Notes: generated from the letters alone by a model not told the origin. A DNA stretch of 64,000 nucleotides from an uncultured Akkermansia sp. (GCA_964430505.1 CAYSGH010000017.1:659-64658); one strand, 5' to 3'. Shown: positions 38,396 through 48,281, numbered from the stretch's first letter. Program-made: numbers and translations.

Positions 38396-39286
38396 GTGGG
38401 GGTGATCTCGGACCGGGACTACATGCGAGAGGCGGGGCCAACGAGCCTGCGATTGTCGGTGAAGCTGATCTGGGTGCTGGGCGCGTGCTTCATCGTGCAG
38501 AGCGTGCTGGCGTTTCATGGCCGGATCGACGTGGCGGGTTCGCTGGGCCTGAGCAAGCGGGCGTTGATGGAGGGCCGGGTCTGGACCTTGGTCACCTATC
38601 AGTTCCTGCACGCGGTGCCCCTTCCGTTCCATGTGCTGGCCAACGGGTTGGGGCTGTATTTTTTTGGACGCAGCGTGGAGGAGCGGCTGGGGTCGCGTCG
38701 GTTCGCATGGGTGTACCTGCTGGGCGGCGTGTTGGGCGGGTTGATTCAGGTGGTGGTGGATGGAGCGTTCGGGCGGGGCGCGACGGTGTTGGGTGCGTCA
38801 GCAGGGGTGTGCGCGGTGGTGGCGGCTTACTGCCGGTTGTTCCCCGAAAGGAACGCGATGTTCAGCCTGTACTTCATCCCGATCGAGATGCGGACGGCGA
38901 TCCTGCTCTGGGTGTTGGTGGCGTATGACGGATGGTGCGCATTGTTCCCGATGGATGGCGTGGCGCACCTCGCGCACCTGGGCGGCTACGGCACGGGCGT
39001 GGCGGCGGTGGCATGGCTCGGGTCCGAGGAAGGGTGGCTGCGCGGTTGGTGGACGGAGCGGGTTCGACGCAGGAGACGCGTGACGGTCCGGGTCATGGAG
39101 GGAGGCAGGGCGGCCGGCATGAGTTCTGCGGGCCAGGGGGGCGTGGGCGGGCGCATGAAGGAGAGCGACTGGAGCCGCGAGGTGGATCCGATTCTGGAGA
39201 AGATCGCCGCGCAGGGCATCCACAGCCTGACGCCGGCCGAGCGCGCAACGCTGGAGCGTGCGCGCAAGGGCATGGGTGGCAGGTGA
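38396..39286 (+). CDS. Rhomboid-family intramembrane serine protease
   Basis: GTG start (ATG alternative at 38423). Contains RVWTLVTYQFLH, the catalytic GASAGVCAV and the HLAHLGGY histidine. The C-terminal tail holds DPILEKIAAQGIHSLTPAERATLERA. Confidence 0.85.
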   Translation: MGVISDRDYMREAGPTSLRLSVKLIWVLGACFIVQSVLAFHGRIDVAGSLGLSKRALMEGRVWTLVTYQFLHAVPLPFHVLANGLGLYFFGRSVEERLGSRRFAWVYLLGGVLGGLIQVVVDGAFGRGATVLGASAGVCAVVAAYCRLFPERNAMFSLYFIPIEMRTAILLWVLVAYDGWCALFPMDGVAHLAHLGGYGTGVAAVAWLGSEEGWLRGWWTERVRRRRRVTVRVMEGGRAAGMSSAGQGGVGGRMKESDWSREVDPILEKIAAQGIHSLTPAERATLERARKGMGGR

Positions 39287-39333
39287 GAGACAGCACGGCG
39301 GGCAGGCTGAAACCAAAGGCAAGGAGCGATGCA

Positions 39334-41517
39334 ATGAGGCGATGCAGGGGGTGGATGGCGGGCGGTTGGACATGGGGTGCTTGGGTGGCGGCGTTGATTT
39401 GGGTGGGCATGAGCCCAACCTTGGCGCTGACGGTGACGGCGATCCGGCGCATCAACCCGCCCGCGACGGGCATCGACCAGATTCGCGGCAAGCCGGGGGA
39501 CCAGGTTGAGATCCGAGGCACCGGCTTGGCGGTGGTAAAGAGCATCCGGTTTGGGCTGGGCACGGCCACGTACTCGGGCAATGACCAACGGTTGGTGGCC
39601 ATCATCCCCCCGACGGCCACGATTGGCTCGTTGAGCTTGTATGATGCGTGGGGATTGGCGTGGGCGAGCGACTTCAACTTCCATGTGGCGCCGCGCGTGA
39701 CGAAGTATGGGCGTGCGTTGCCCCAGCCCCAGACGCCGGGAGACGCCTTTCGCGGCGTGCCCGGGAATTCCGTTCGTTTCGAGGGCGAAAACTTTGCGGA
39801 CCCCGGCGACCCGGGCTTTTCGACGCGCGTATGGTTTCCGTCGGTTTCGGGAGGCTACGTGCAGGCCGTGACGGAGTTTGCGAGCTTCACGAGCTTGCAG
39901 GTCACGATCCCGCAGGGTGCGGCGTCGGGGGCACCCTTGCTGGAGAACCCGGCGGGCAAGGTGGATCTGTGGGGGAACTTCTACCTCCAGCCCGTGGTGA
40001 CGGGGTTCCAGCCATCGGCTGCGCGCGTGGGCGACACCGTGACGGTGACGGGTGTCAGCTTGTTGGACGCCCTGTCCGCGCTGCTGGGCAATGCCTCGGC
40101 CGAGATCCTCGCCACGACGGCCACCAACGTCGTGCTGAAGGTACCCTCCATGCCGTCGTCGGGAAGGGTGTCCATTACGACGCCGGGAGGGACGTTCCTG
40201 ACGACCTCCAACCTGGTGTTGCTGCCGCGCCTTCGATCCTTCGCCCCGGCGGGTGGCAAGCCGGGCACGGTCGTCACGTTGGTTGGCGACGGGCTGGCAG
40301 GGACGACGGGGGTGACGTTCGGGGGGGTGCCGGCGTCGGTGTGGACGAACGTCTCGGCATCGCAGGTCAACGTGGTGGTGCCCCAAGGTGCATGGGCCGG
40401 CGGCATTCGCCTGACGACGGCGAACGGAAGCGACGCCACGGCCACGCCGTTCCACGTGGCTCCGGTGGTGAGCGACGTGCAGCCTGCGACGGCCAAGCCA
40501 GGCGCGGTGATTGCGCTGCTTGGGGCAAGCTTTCTTGGCGTCACCCAGGTGGAGTTCGCGGGCGGTGTGCCCTCCGTGTTCACCGTGGTGGCCACCAACC
40601 GCATCGAGGCCGTGGTTCCGTCCGGGGCGCAGTCGGGCCCTGTGAGCGTGACGAACCCGGGCGGCGTGGGCGCGAGTGCACGGAGCTTCGTGGTGGCGTC
40701 GGTAGTGCCGCAGGTGACCGGATTTGCGCCGGCGTTCGGGCCGCCGGGGACGACGGTGACGATCTCGGGTGACAATCTCTCCGGGACAACGGCGGTGCGG
40801 TTCAACGGGGTGAGCGCCCCGGGCTTCACCGTTCAAGGGGAGACGCGGGTGTTGGCGGTGGTGCCGGCCGGCGCGACGGCGGGCCGAATCACGGTGGTCA
40901 CCGACGCGGGCAGCGCACAGTCCCCGTCGAGCTTCCTGGTAGGGAGCACGGCGAACCTGTCGGTCGTGGGCCAAGCGGTTCCGACAGACCCATGGGTGAC
41001 GCAGGAGGTTGCCTTCACGTTCCAACTTTCCAACGCCGGGCCCATCCCCTCGTCGGGAACCGTCCTGTCCGTGGGCGTGCCGACCTCCGCCACGTACGTG
41101 GGCTCCAGCGTCACGGCGGGGACCTTCGACGTGTTCGACGGCGCGGTGGTGTTCAGCCCGGGGCCGGTCCAGCCGGGGGCTTCGGTGTTGGCGACCGTCC
41201 GGATGCGGTTCGGGGTGGCGACGGTCGCGAGCGTGGTGGCTACGGCGACGGCCAACACGTCGGACCCGGACCCCGCCAACAACGCGGCATCCGTGACGGT
41301 TCGCCCGGCCCGGCCCTCGTTGGAGATTGAGCGCTTGATGGACGGCCGGCTGGCGTTGGCGTGGCCCTCGGGGTTGGTGGGCCTGGAATTGCAGCAGGGA
41401 GGGAGTCCGCAGGGCCCTTGGGCTGCGGTGCCTGGAACGGTGGAAGAGACACCGGTGGGGCGACGGCTCGTGCTGCAGGCGGGTTCGGCCGCCCGGTTAT
41501 ACCGGCTCGCGCCGTAA
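39334..41517 (+). CDS. Secreted IPT/TIG-repeat surface protein with DUF11-like domain
   Basis: ATG at 39334 gives signal peptide MRRCRGWMAGGWTWGAWVAALIWVG. About seven repeats of P.I..F.P..G.PGT.VTI.G.NL.G.T.V.F.G (IPT/TIG). Then a DUF11-like block ending TSDPDPANNAASVTV. Then a terminal module of about 68 aa ending ARLYRLAP. Confidence 0.8.
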   Translation: MRRCRGWMAGGWTWGAWVAALIWVGMSPTLALTVTAIRRINPPATGIDQIRGKPGDQVEIRGTGLAVVKSIRFGLGTATYSGNDQRLVAIIPPTATIGSLSLYDAWGLAWASDFNFHVAPRVTKYGRALPQPQTPGDAFRGVPGNSVRFEGENFADPGDPGFSTRVWFPSVSGGYVQAVTEFASFTSLQVTIPQGAASGAPLLENPAGKVDLWGNFYLQPVVTGFQPSAARVGDTVTVTGVSLLDALSALLGNASAEILATTATNVVLKVPSMPSSGRVSITTPGGTFLTTSNLVLLPRLRSFAPAGGKPGTVVTLVGDGLAGTTGVTFGGVPASVWTNVSASQVNVVVPQGAWAGGIRLTTANGSDATATPFHVAPVVSDVQPATAKPGAVIALLGASFLGVTQVEFAGGVPSVFTVVATNRIEAVVPSGAQSGPVSVTNPGGVGASARSFVVASVVPQVTGFAPAFGPPGTTVTISGDNLSGTTAVRFNGVSAPGFTVQGETRVLAVVPAGATAGRITVVTDAGSAQSPSSFLVGSTANLSVVGQAVPTDPWVTQEVAFTFQLSNAGPIPSSGTVLSVGVPTSATYVGSSVTAGTFDVFDGAVVFSPGPVQPGASVLATVRMRFGVATVASVVATATANTSDPDPANNAASVTVRPARPSLEIERLMDGRLALAWPSGLVGLELQQGGSPQGPWAAVPGTVEETPVGRRLVLQAGSAARLYRLAP

Positions 41518-41580
41518 TGCGGGCGCTGCCACGCGGGGACGGGAAACGAGGCGTCCCGGGGTCGCACCCGGGTGCGGCCA

Positions 41581-42375
41581 TTAGTCGTTGCCGCCCAGCA
41601 TGCGGCCGAGGCCGCCCAACGCGGAGCCTTCCTCGCGGCTGCCGCCTGTCTGGGGCGCGGCGGCATAGATTCGGTCTGCCAGGCGGCTGAGGGGCAGCGA
41701 CTGGAGCCAGACGCGGCCGGGGCCGCGAAGCGTTGCAAAGAACAGTCCCTCGCCACCGAAGAGGGCGGACTTGATCTTGCCCACGTATTGGATGTCGAAG
41801 TCCACGCCGCGGGTGAAGGCAACGACGCAGCCCGTGTCCACGCGGAGGACCTCGCCGGGGGCGAGGTCGCGATGGAGCAGGGTGCCACCGGCGTGGATGA
41901 AGGCCCATCCATCGCCCTGGAGGCGCTGCATGATGAAGCCCTCGCCGCCGAAGAGCCCGGTGCCGATCTTGCGGTTGAAGGCGATGCCCACCGAGACGCC
42001 CTTGGCGGCACAGAGGAAGGAGTCCTTCTGGGCGATGACCTCGCCACCCACTTGCGCCAGGTGGACGGGGATGATCTTGCCGGGGTAAGGGGCACCAAAG
42101 GCCACCTTGGCGCGGCGAGGGGAGCGGTTGTGGAAGACGGTCATGAAGAGCCCCTCGCCGGTGAGCAACCGCTTGACGCCGCCGGCCAGCATCCCGAGGA
42201 GCCCCGTGTTCTGCTGGGATCCGTCCCCGAACACGGTCTCCAGTTCCACGCCATCCTCCATGTACATCATGCCGCCGGCCTCGGCGACGACGGCCTCGGA
42301 GGGGTCGAGGATGACCTCGACGAACTGCATGTCGTCCCCGTGAATCTCGTATTCGATTTCGTGCATGGCGGCCAT
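41581..42375 (-). CDS. AIM24 / TIGR00266-family protein
   Basis: [36 protein letters not shown], ...[21 protein letters not shown] and ...[21 protein letters not shown] are the typical AIM24/DUF124 signature blocks. Confidence 0.85.
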   Translation of the reverse strand: MAAMHEIEYEIHGDDMQFVEVILDPSEAVVAEAGGMMYMEDGVELETVFGDGSQQNTGLLGMLAGGVKRLLTGEGLFMTVFHNRSPRRAKVAFGAPYPGKIIPVHLAQVGGEVIAQKDSFLCAAKGVSVGIAFNRKIGTGLFGGEGFIMQRLQGDGWAFIHAGGTLLHRDLAPGEVLRVDTGCVVAFTRGVDFDIQYVGKIKSALFGGEGLFFATLRGPGRVWLQSLPLSRLADRIYAAAPQTGGSREEGSALGGLGRMLGGND

Positions 42376-42577
42376 GGATCGGTCCTTTTGTATCGGTTCA
42401 AACGCGCCCCTTGGAACTGCTCCAACCAGGTGGGCGCGTCAAGGCGGCGTTTCGCCGCGACGCGGTCGCGCCACGCCCACCGATGACCGCGCTGGGGTCC
42501 TGCGACAAGCCCGTCCGGCAGGGCGGACGTTGGCGGTTGCCTTCGGGGTTGGGCGCGGTGCAGCGTCGGGCTTCACC

Positions 42578-43459
42578 ATGAGGATTCTTTCAACCGTGGC
42601 GGGCCTCGCCTGCATGGCCTGCGTGCTGGCGGCGCCAACCAACATGGTCGTTTCGTTGTGGCCGGCGGGCCAGGTGCCGGGTGCGCGGGGCGACGGCACC
42701 AACGACGTGCCGACGTTGACCGTGTTCCTTCCGGAGGCGGGCCGTGGCGATGGCAGCGCCATGGTGATTTGCCCTGGAGGTGGTTATGGCGGCCTCGCCC
42801 CGCACGAAGGCCGGGACTACGCGTTGTTCCTCAACCGCGAGGGGATGGCGTGCTTCGTGTTGAAGTATCGCCTGGGGAGCCATGGCTACCGGCATCCTGC
42901 GATGCTCCAGGACGCCGCGCGGGCGGTTCGGCTGGTGCGTTCTCGGGCTGGCGAATGGGGCGTGGACCGCGACCGCGTGGGCATCATGGGCAGCAGCGCG
43001 GGCGGGCACCTGGCCTCGACGCTGGTGACGCATTTCGACGCGGGGCAACCGGGAGCGGCGGATGCGGTGGAGCGCGAGAGCAGCCGTCCTTCCTTGGGCG
43101 TGTTGTGCTATCCCGTGATCACCCTGGGCGCCTTCACGCACCCAGGTTCCAAGCGCAACCTCCTTGGCCCCGACCCCGACCCCGCGCTGGTCGAGCACCT
43201 GAGCAACGAGCGGCAGGTGCGGAAGGATGGCCCGCCGGTGTTCGTCTGGCACACCGTTGAGGACACGGCCGTGCCGGTGGAGAACGCGTTGCTCTTCGCC
43301 GATGGGCTTCGCAAGGCAGGCGTGCCCTTCGACCTGCATGTCTATGAGAAGGGCCGTCACGGGATTGGCCTGAGCGCCAAGCCTCCGGCGTTCGAGAACC
43401 CCCATCCCTGGGCGCGGGACCTGGTGTTCTGGATGAGGGGCAGGGGCTTCTTGAGATAG
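42578..43459 (+). CDS. Secreted alpha/beta hydrolase (acetyl-esterase/lipase-like)
   Basis: ATG at 42578 gives signal peptide MRILSTVAGLACMACVLAAP. Has the oxyanion motif CPGGGYGG, the nucleophile elbow GSSAGGHLAS, and a C-terminal H in GRHGIG. Confidence 0.85.
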   Translation: MRILSTVAGLACMACVLAAPTNMVVSLWPAGQVPGARGDGTNDVPTLTVFLPEAGRGDGSAMVICPGGGYGGLAPHEGRDYALFLNREGMACFVLKYRLGSHGYRHPAMLQDAARAVRLVRSRAGEWGVDRDRVGIMGSSAGGHLASTLVTHFDAGQPGAADAVERESSRPSLGVLCYPVITLGAFTHPGSKRNLLGPDPDPALVEHLSNERQVRKDGPPVFVWHTVEDTAVPVENALLFADGLRKAGVPFDLHVYEKGRHGIGLSAKPPAFENPHPWARDLVFWMRGRGFLR

Positions 43460-43511
43460 CCTTGGGCAACGGGTGATCTCGCGGTCGCGGGGCTTCCCGA
43501 GAACGGGAGGG

Positions 43512-44393
43512 TCAACCCACGGCAAGCTTGCCGCGGTACTCCGTGGGCGACTTGCCCAGGATGCGGCGGAACACGCGGTTGAAGTGGGTGAGGGATTGGA
43601 AACCCACCTCGTAGGCGATCTCCGAGATGCGCAGGTGTGGGTTGAGGAGCAGTTCCTTCGCCCGTTCGATGCGCAGGCGGGACACGTAGTCGGTGAAGTG
43701 GATGCCGGCGTGCTTGCGGAAGCTCTTGCAGAAGTAGAAGCGGCTCATGTGCACGGCCTTGGCGACATCTCCGAGGGCAATGTCCTCCGAGAGGTGCTCG
43801 GCGATGTAGGCCTTGGCGCGGGTGATGGCGGGTGGCTCGGCGTTGGCCTGGCGGATGGCGAGCTGGTTGGAGGCGGCGGAGAGCTGGGATGCAAAGTGGG
43901 CCAGCAACTCCACGGCCCCTTGGTACTGGCGCCGGGTCATCTTGGGGGACTTGAACCATGCCTGCTCGAGGACCGCCCGGTCGCCCGGGACCCCCATGGC
44001 GTCGAGGCGCGCCCGGACCCGCGCGAAGCTGGCCTTGCTCGGCGCCTTGAGCGCCACCTGCCCCGTCTGCAAGTGGCCGATGACCCGGTCGCCCACGCGC
44101 ACGGGGACCGCCGAGTCCGACAGCCCCGCGAAGCACGACGTGGTGACGGGCTTCTCGGACGCGTTGCTGGACAATTCCTGCTGCACTTGCAGGCAGGCGG
44201 CACAACTGCGGCTGTGGGCGGCCATCAGCGCGCAGAAGGGGTTTTGGTGGCGATTGTCCTTCTGGGCGACCTGCCAGGCGTCCGGGGTCCGCAGCGTCAG
44301 CGGAAGGCCGGTCGCCTCTCCGAACGCGCGCTCGTAGCCCCGGTAGAGGTCTGACTGCGCCATGGTTTCGAGGATGCTGTCTTGGTGGTTCAT
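43512..44393 (-). CDS. AraC-family transcriptional regulator with PocR-like sensor domain
   Basis: ATG at comp. 44391-44393. The N-terminal Cys-rich sensor (FCALMAAHSRSCAACLQ...SCFAGLSDSAVPV..GDRVIGHLQTGQV) resembles PocR. The C-terminal HTH_18 part is ISEIAYEVGFQSLTHFNRVFRRILGKSPTEYR. Confidence 0.85.
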   Translation of the reverse strand: MNHQDSILETMAQSDLYRGYERAFGEATGLPLTLRTPDAWQVAQKDNRHQNPFCALMAAHSRSCAACLQVQQELSSNASEKPVTTSCFAGLSDSAVPVRVGDRVIGHLQTGQVALKAPSKASFARVRARLDAMGVPGDRAVLEQAWFKSPKMTRRQYQGAVELLAHFASQLSAASNQLAIRQANAEPPAITRAKAYIAEHLSEDIALGDVAKAVHMSRFYFCKSFRKHAGIHFTDYVSRLRIERAKELLLNPHLRISEIAYEVGFQSLTHFNRVFRRILGKSPTEYRGKLAVG

Positions 44394-44565
44394 GTTGCGC
44401 CTTTCTTGCGATGCCAACCGCAATTTAGGGAGGGCGGCTTATCCTCGGTACCCGGGTCAACCCCGAACCCAAGTGCTGGAGCAGCCCGAGCAGGGTCGGG
44501 GAATCCCTGATGCGCCGCCTGGTCGCCCGAGAACAGCCTCCGGGGACCTCGCAAGGCGCGAGGAC

Positions 44566-46920
44566 TCAACGCGCCCCTTCGAGACGGCGCAGGAGGTCGC
44601 CGACGCGGTCGAGGTCCGTTCCCTCTGGCTTGGCCTCGAGGATCCAGCGGAGGTCCTCGCGAGCCCCGGCAAGGTCGCCGGCCTCGGCCCGGAGGCGGGC
44701 GCGATCGATGCGTTGGGCGGCCTGCGTGCGCGGGTTGGCGGCGATGGCAACCAGGAGGTCCGCATAGGGAAGGGCCGCCGCCGCGCTTTCCTGGCGTTCG
44801 CTGAAGGCCAGGAGGTTGTTTACCAGCCGCACGATGATTTCCCGGGGCGTTGCGGCCTGCATCAGGTCGGCGCGAACGGGCACCCCTGCGAACTCGGACC
44901 CGAGGTCGCTGGCCTCGGAGTGCGTGAGGATGCGGCCGCCATGGAAGACATCGATGAGGCGCCGGGGGCCATCCTTGGGCTCGTGGGCGACGAGGAAGTG
45001 ACCGGGCAAGGGCCAGCCACGGACGTGGGCGACGCCCGCGCGGCGTGCGACGTCCATGAGGACGATGGCGAGCGTGATGGGAAGGCCCTCGCGGTCCGCG
45101 AGGACGGAGTGCAGGTGGCTGTTGGCGCGGTTCTGGTAGTCGTGTCGGCTGCCGTGGAAGCCGTTTTCCTCGAAGAGGAACCGGCGGAGGACATCCACGC
45201 GGGCCGCGTCGTCGGCCCCATCCTTGAAGCGGGTGGAGGCCTCCGCCGCCAGCGCCTGGAGGTCGGCCTGGGCCGCCGCCACGTCCACGTCCGGGTCGTC
45301 ATGGCGTGCGACGAGGAGGGCGGCGCGGGCGAGGTCGATGTTTTCGTCGGGTTGGCTGAGCTCCTGGGTGAGGTCGGCGGCGGCTTGCTCGCGGTGGAGC
45401 CGGGCGGCGAGGTCACGGAGGCGGACGGCCTCGGCCTCGAGCTGGCGGGCGCGGGCCTCGAGGAAGGAGCGAGCGGCGGGGAGGTGGCTGCGCAGCGCGT
45501 CGCGCTCGGCATCGTCCAGGCGCGCCACGGGCACGTCGGCGCCGCCCAGGGCCATGACGAGGGGCGCGGGAATGTCCGCCGGGCCGCCTGCCGTGGCGGG
45601 CGAGACGGCGAAGTTGCGGAACTGGGCGACGGTTCCCCGGAACTTGGCGAGCCCGACGCGGCGGCCGTGCAGCGTGACGTCGCGGAGGTCAAAGACGACG
45701 GAGCCGTTGACGGCGCAGGTGATGCGGCCGGGCTCGACGCGGACGCGAAGGAGGTTCCAGTCACCGGGCTTGTAGGCGGCGCTGGGCACGGTGCCGAGGA
45801 TGCGCCAGTTGAAGATGTCGTCGCCGTCGAAGGAGGTGAGGCGCAACTGCCCGGCGGTGGGATAGAACCCGAGGTGCAGTCCGGCGTCGTCGCCCCCGAA
45901 GACCAGGCCGGCCGCGCCGGACTCGTCGTTGAGGCGGACCTGGACGGAGATGTCGGAGGGGCCCTCGGGCGCGGGGGACTTGCTGAGGAGATAGCTGCGG
46001 CCGCCGAAGCCGGCGCCGGCGCCCTCCACGAGGATGGCCCCGGACCGTTGCCTCCAGCGGGAGCCGAGGCGCGGCTCCCATGCGGCGGGGTCGAGCTGGC
46101 CGGTCCGGATCCAGCGCGCGTAGGGGACGGGGCTGGGGTTCTCGACCAAGGGCTGGAGCAGCTCCACGGGCGTTGCGAAGCCGAGGTTGCGGGTGAGCAG
46201 GGACTTGGCGTTGACGATGCCATGGACGCGGCCCTCGCGGTCGATGACGGGCCCGCCGGAGTTGCCGGGCTCGATGGGGATTGCGAGCTGGAGCAGGTCC
46301 ACTCCGTCCATGAGGCGACGCCCGGACAGGACGCCGGAGACGACCGAGTTTTCGAGCCCCATGGGGTTGCCGAGGGCGATGATGTCCGAGCCAACGGCCA
46401 AGGTGCCCGGCCGGGCGAGGGGCAGCGCGGGGAGGTTGGTGGCGCGCACGCGAAGGATGGCGAGGTCCGTGTGCCGGTCGAAGGCGTGCATGGACTCGAT
46501 CTCGAGCTCGCGGCCGGAGACGAGGCGGGCGGTCACGGGGCGGCCCTCGCCGACGACGTGGAGGCTGGTGGCCACCAGGCCGGAGGCGTCCATGACGAAG
46601 CCGGTTCCGACGGATTCCCCGACGCCGTCGCGCGCCTTGGCGGAGAGGACGACGAGGGAGGCGCGCGCGGAGGCGGCGATTTCGGCGACGGAACGCAGGG
46701 TGGCCGGGGCGGGGGCGTTGGAACCGGGATGGGGGTTGGCGTTGCTACGGGCTGCGAGGCCCGGCCTGCGGGCGGGCCCCTTGTCCGGGCCGTTGGCCCG
46801 CTGGGCATTGGCGGGCCCAACGGCAAGGGAGGCGGCGAGAGCGAGGAGGCCGGATCGAAGCCATGCGAGCCTTGGTAGGAGGCGTGGGCCGGGCCGGGCC
46901 GGGCGGGACGACGGCTTCAT
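44566..46920 (-). CDS. Secreted multidomain protein: S1C trypsin-like serine protease + concanavalin/DUF1080-like jelly roll + coiled coil + SirB1/transglutaminase-like + TPR
   Basis: 784 aa with a signal peptide. Protease triad context is SLHVV, HTDLAILRV, GNSGGPV. The middle block is KPGDWNLLRVRVEPGRITCAVNGSVVFDL...GTVAQFRNFAV. The C-terminal part (NGFHGSRHDYQNRANSHLHSVLADREGLPITLAIVLMDVARRAGV...GHFLV) resembles the SirB1 N-terminal transglutaminase-like fold and is followed by TPR-like helices. Confidence 0.8.
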   Translation of the reverse strand: MKPSSRPARPGPRLLPRLAWLRSGLLALAASLAVGPANAQRANGPDKGPARRPGLAARSNANPHPGSNAPAPATLRSVAEIAASARASLVVLSAKARDGVGESVGTGFVMDASGLVATSLHVVGEGRPVTARLVSGRELEIESMHAFDRHTDLAILRVRATNLPALPLARPGTLAVGSDIIALGNPMGLENSVVSGVLSGRRLMDGVDLLQLAIPIEPGNSGGPVIDREGRVHGIVNAKSLLTRNLGFATPVELLQPLVENPSPVPYARWIRTGQLDPAAWEPRLGSRWRQRSGAILVEGAGAGFGGRSYLLSKSPAPEGPSDISVQVRLNDESGAAGLVFGGDDAGLHLGFYPTAGQLRLTSFDGDDIFNWRILGTVPSAAYKPGDWNLLRVRVEPGRITCAVNGSVVFDLRDVTLHGRRVGLAKFRGTVAQFRNFAVSPATAGGPADIPAPLVMALGGADVPVARLDDAERDALRSHLPAARSFLEARARQLEAEAVRLRDLAARLHREQAAADLTQELSQPDENIDLARAALLVARHDDPDVDVAAAQADLQALAAEASTRFKDGADDAARVDVLRRFLFEENGFHGSRHDYQNRANSHLHSVLADREGLPITLAIVLMDVARRAGVAHVRGWPLPGHFLVAHEPKDGPRRLIDVFHGGRILTHSEASDLGSEFAGVPVRADLMQAATPREIIVRLVNNLLAFSERQESAAAALPYADLLVAIAANPRTQAAQRIDRARLRAEAGDLAGAREDLRWILEAKPEGTDLDRVGDLLRRLEGAR

Positions 46921-46942
46921 GGCGGCGGTTGCGCAGGCGGGT

Positions 46943-48193
46943 TCAAGGCCGGACCTCGACCTCGGCGGGGAACATCAGCCGGCGGTCGCCACGAGCCTCC
47001 AACGTTTGGGCGAGGATGCCGATGGTGCGCGGCACGGTGCCCTTGAAGAGGGAACGATCGCCGGACGTGACCTCGATGGGCTTGTCGAGGTCGGCGAGGT
47101 CGTCGCTCAGTCGCAACAGGAGGGGTGAGGCCTGGGTGCGGAGGATGTTGAAGGATTGGCCCTTGCGCTCGACGAGGATCTCCTGGCCGGCCTTGGCGGC
47201 GCCGCCGGGGAGGGCCAGCCAGTAGAATTGCTCGTGCAGGACGTCGTCCTGCCGCCAGGCGATGCGGTCGGGCAACGGGTTGCGCACGTGGGATTCCATC
47301 CAGGGGATGGCGATGCGGTCGGCCATGCCCATCCAGTGGGGCTTGCCGGGGTGGACGTTGACGAGGTGGAGGTAGCCCCCGGGGTCGGACTGGCGGAGTT
47401 GCTCGAGCTTGGTGGCCCACTCGGCGGCGATGCGGTTGCGGTTGTAGGCGGAGTCGTCACCGCCGACCTGGAGTGCGAACGGCAGGTTGCGCAGCCCGAA
47501 GGGTTGGGTCTCGTTCGGATGCCCGGCGCTCATGGCAGCGGCGGCGAACCAGTCGGACATGCGGGGTCCCAGTTGGTACACGCCGTCGCCCCCGGCCGAG
47601 TACCCCATCAGGTACACGCGGTCCGGGCTGACGTTTTCGAGGGCGACGGCGGCCTCGACGAGGCGGGCGAACAGGACGTCGATGTGGCCCTCGTGCCATA
47701 GGTTCCAGGTGTCGGTGGGCGCGCGCGGGGCGACGTAGAGGCCTTGCTTGGGGGCGTAGGCTTGCCCGAGGCGGACTTGGTTGCGCCATTGGGAGTCATT
47801 GACGCGGGCGGGGGCTCCGCCGCCGCCGTGCATGGAGATGAACAGGGGCCAGCCGTCGGGTGGGGCCGGCTGGTTGGTGCCGAAGCGGGCGATCTCGAAC
47901 TTGAGGGCGCGCCCGACGGCCTTGATCTCTTGCGCGTCCCACTCGGCCTTGTGCGAGGCGCGGACGGAGGCGAGGCGGTCGTTCCAAAGCGCCTCGGCGG
48001 CCAGGCGTCCGTGGTCCTTGACGAGGGGGACCGTGGCGAAGCCCTGGGACGTGAGGGGCGGGCGCTGGCCGACGGGTTGCTTGAGCCACGACTGGAGGGC
48101 TGCAACGGCCTTGTTGGATGCCGTGGCGTCCGCCGCGATCATGGGCGGAGCAGCAAGGAGGGCCGCCAGCAGGGCGGCTCGGATCAACTTCAT
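46943..48193 (-). CDS. Secreted alpha/beta hydrolase (esterase / depolymerase-like)
   Basis: ATG at comp. 48191-48193 gives MKLIRAALLAALLAAPPMIAADA. Contains LFISMHGGGG and the nucleophile elbow YLMGYSAGGDGV. The upstream in-frame extension in the track is translated purine-repeat DNA. Only 22 nt separate it from the downstream protease gene. Confidence 0.75.
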   Translation of the reverse strand: MKLIRAALLAALLAAPPMIAADATASNKAVAALQSWLKQPVGQRPPLTSQGFATVPLVKDHGRLAAEALWNDRLASVRASHKAEWDAQEIKAVGRALKFEIARFGTNQPAPPDGWPLFISMHGGGGAPARVNDSQWRNQVRLGQAYAPKQGLYVAPRAPTDTWNLWHEGHIDVLFARLVEAAVALENVSPDRVYLMGYSAGGDGVYQLGPRMSDWFAAAAMSAGHPNETQPFGLRNLPFALQVGGDDSAYNRNRIAAEWATKLEQLRQSDPGGYLHLVNVHPGKPHWMGMADRIAIPWMESHVRNPLPDRIAWRQDDVLHEQFYWLALPGGAAKAGQEILVERKGQSFNILRTQASPLLLRLSDDLADLDKPIEVTSGDRSLFKGTVPRTIGILAQTLEARGDRRLMFPAEVEVRP

Positions 48194-48281
48194 GGGGAAC
48201 AGCCTGTCCGGGTATTCGCCATGGGTCCATGGAGATGTTCGGAGGGGCGACGAGGGAGGAGGGAGGAAGGGGGGCGTTGAA

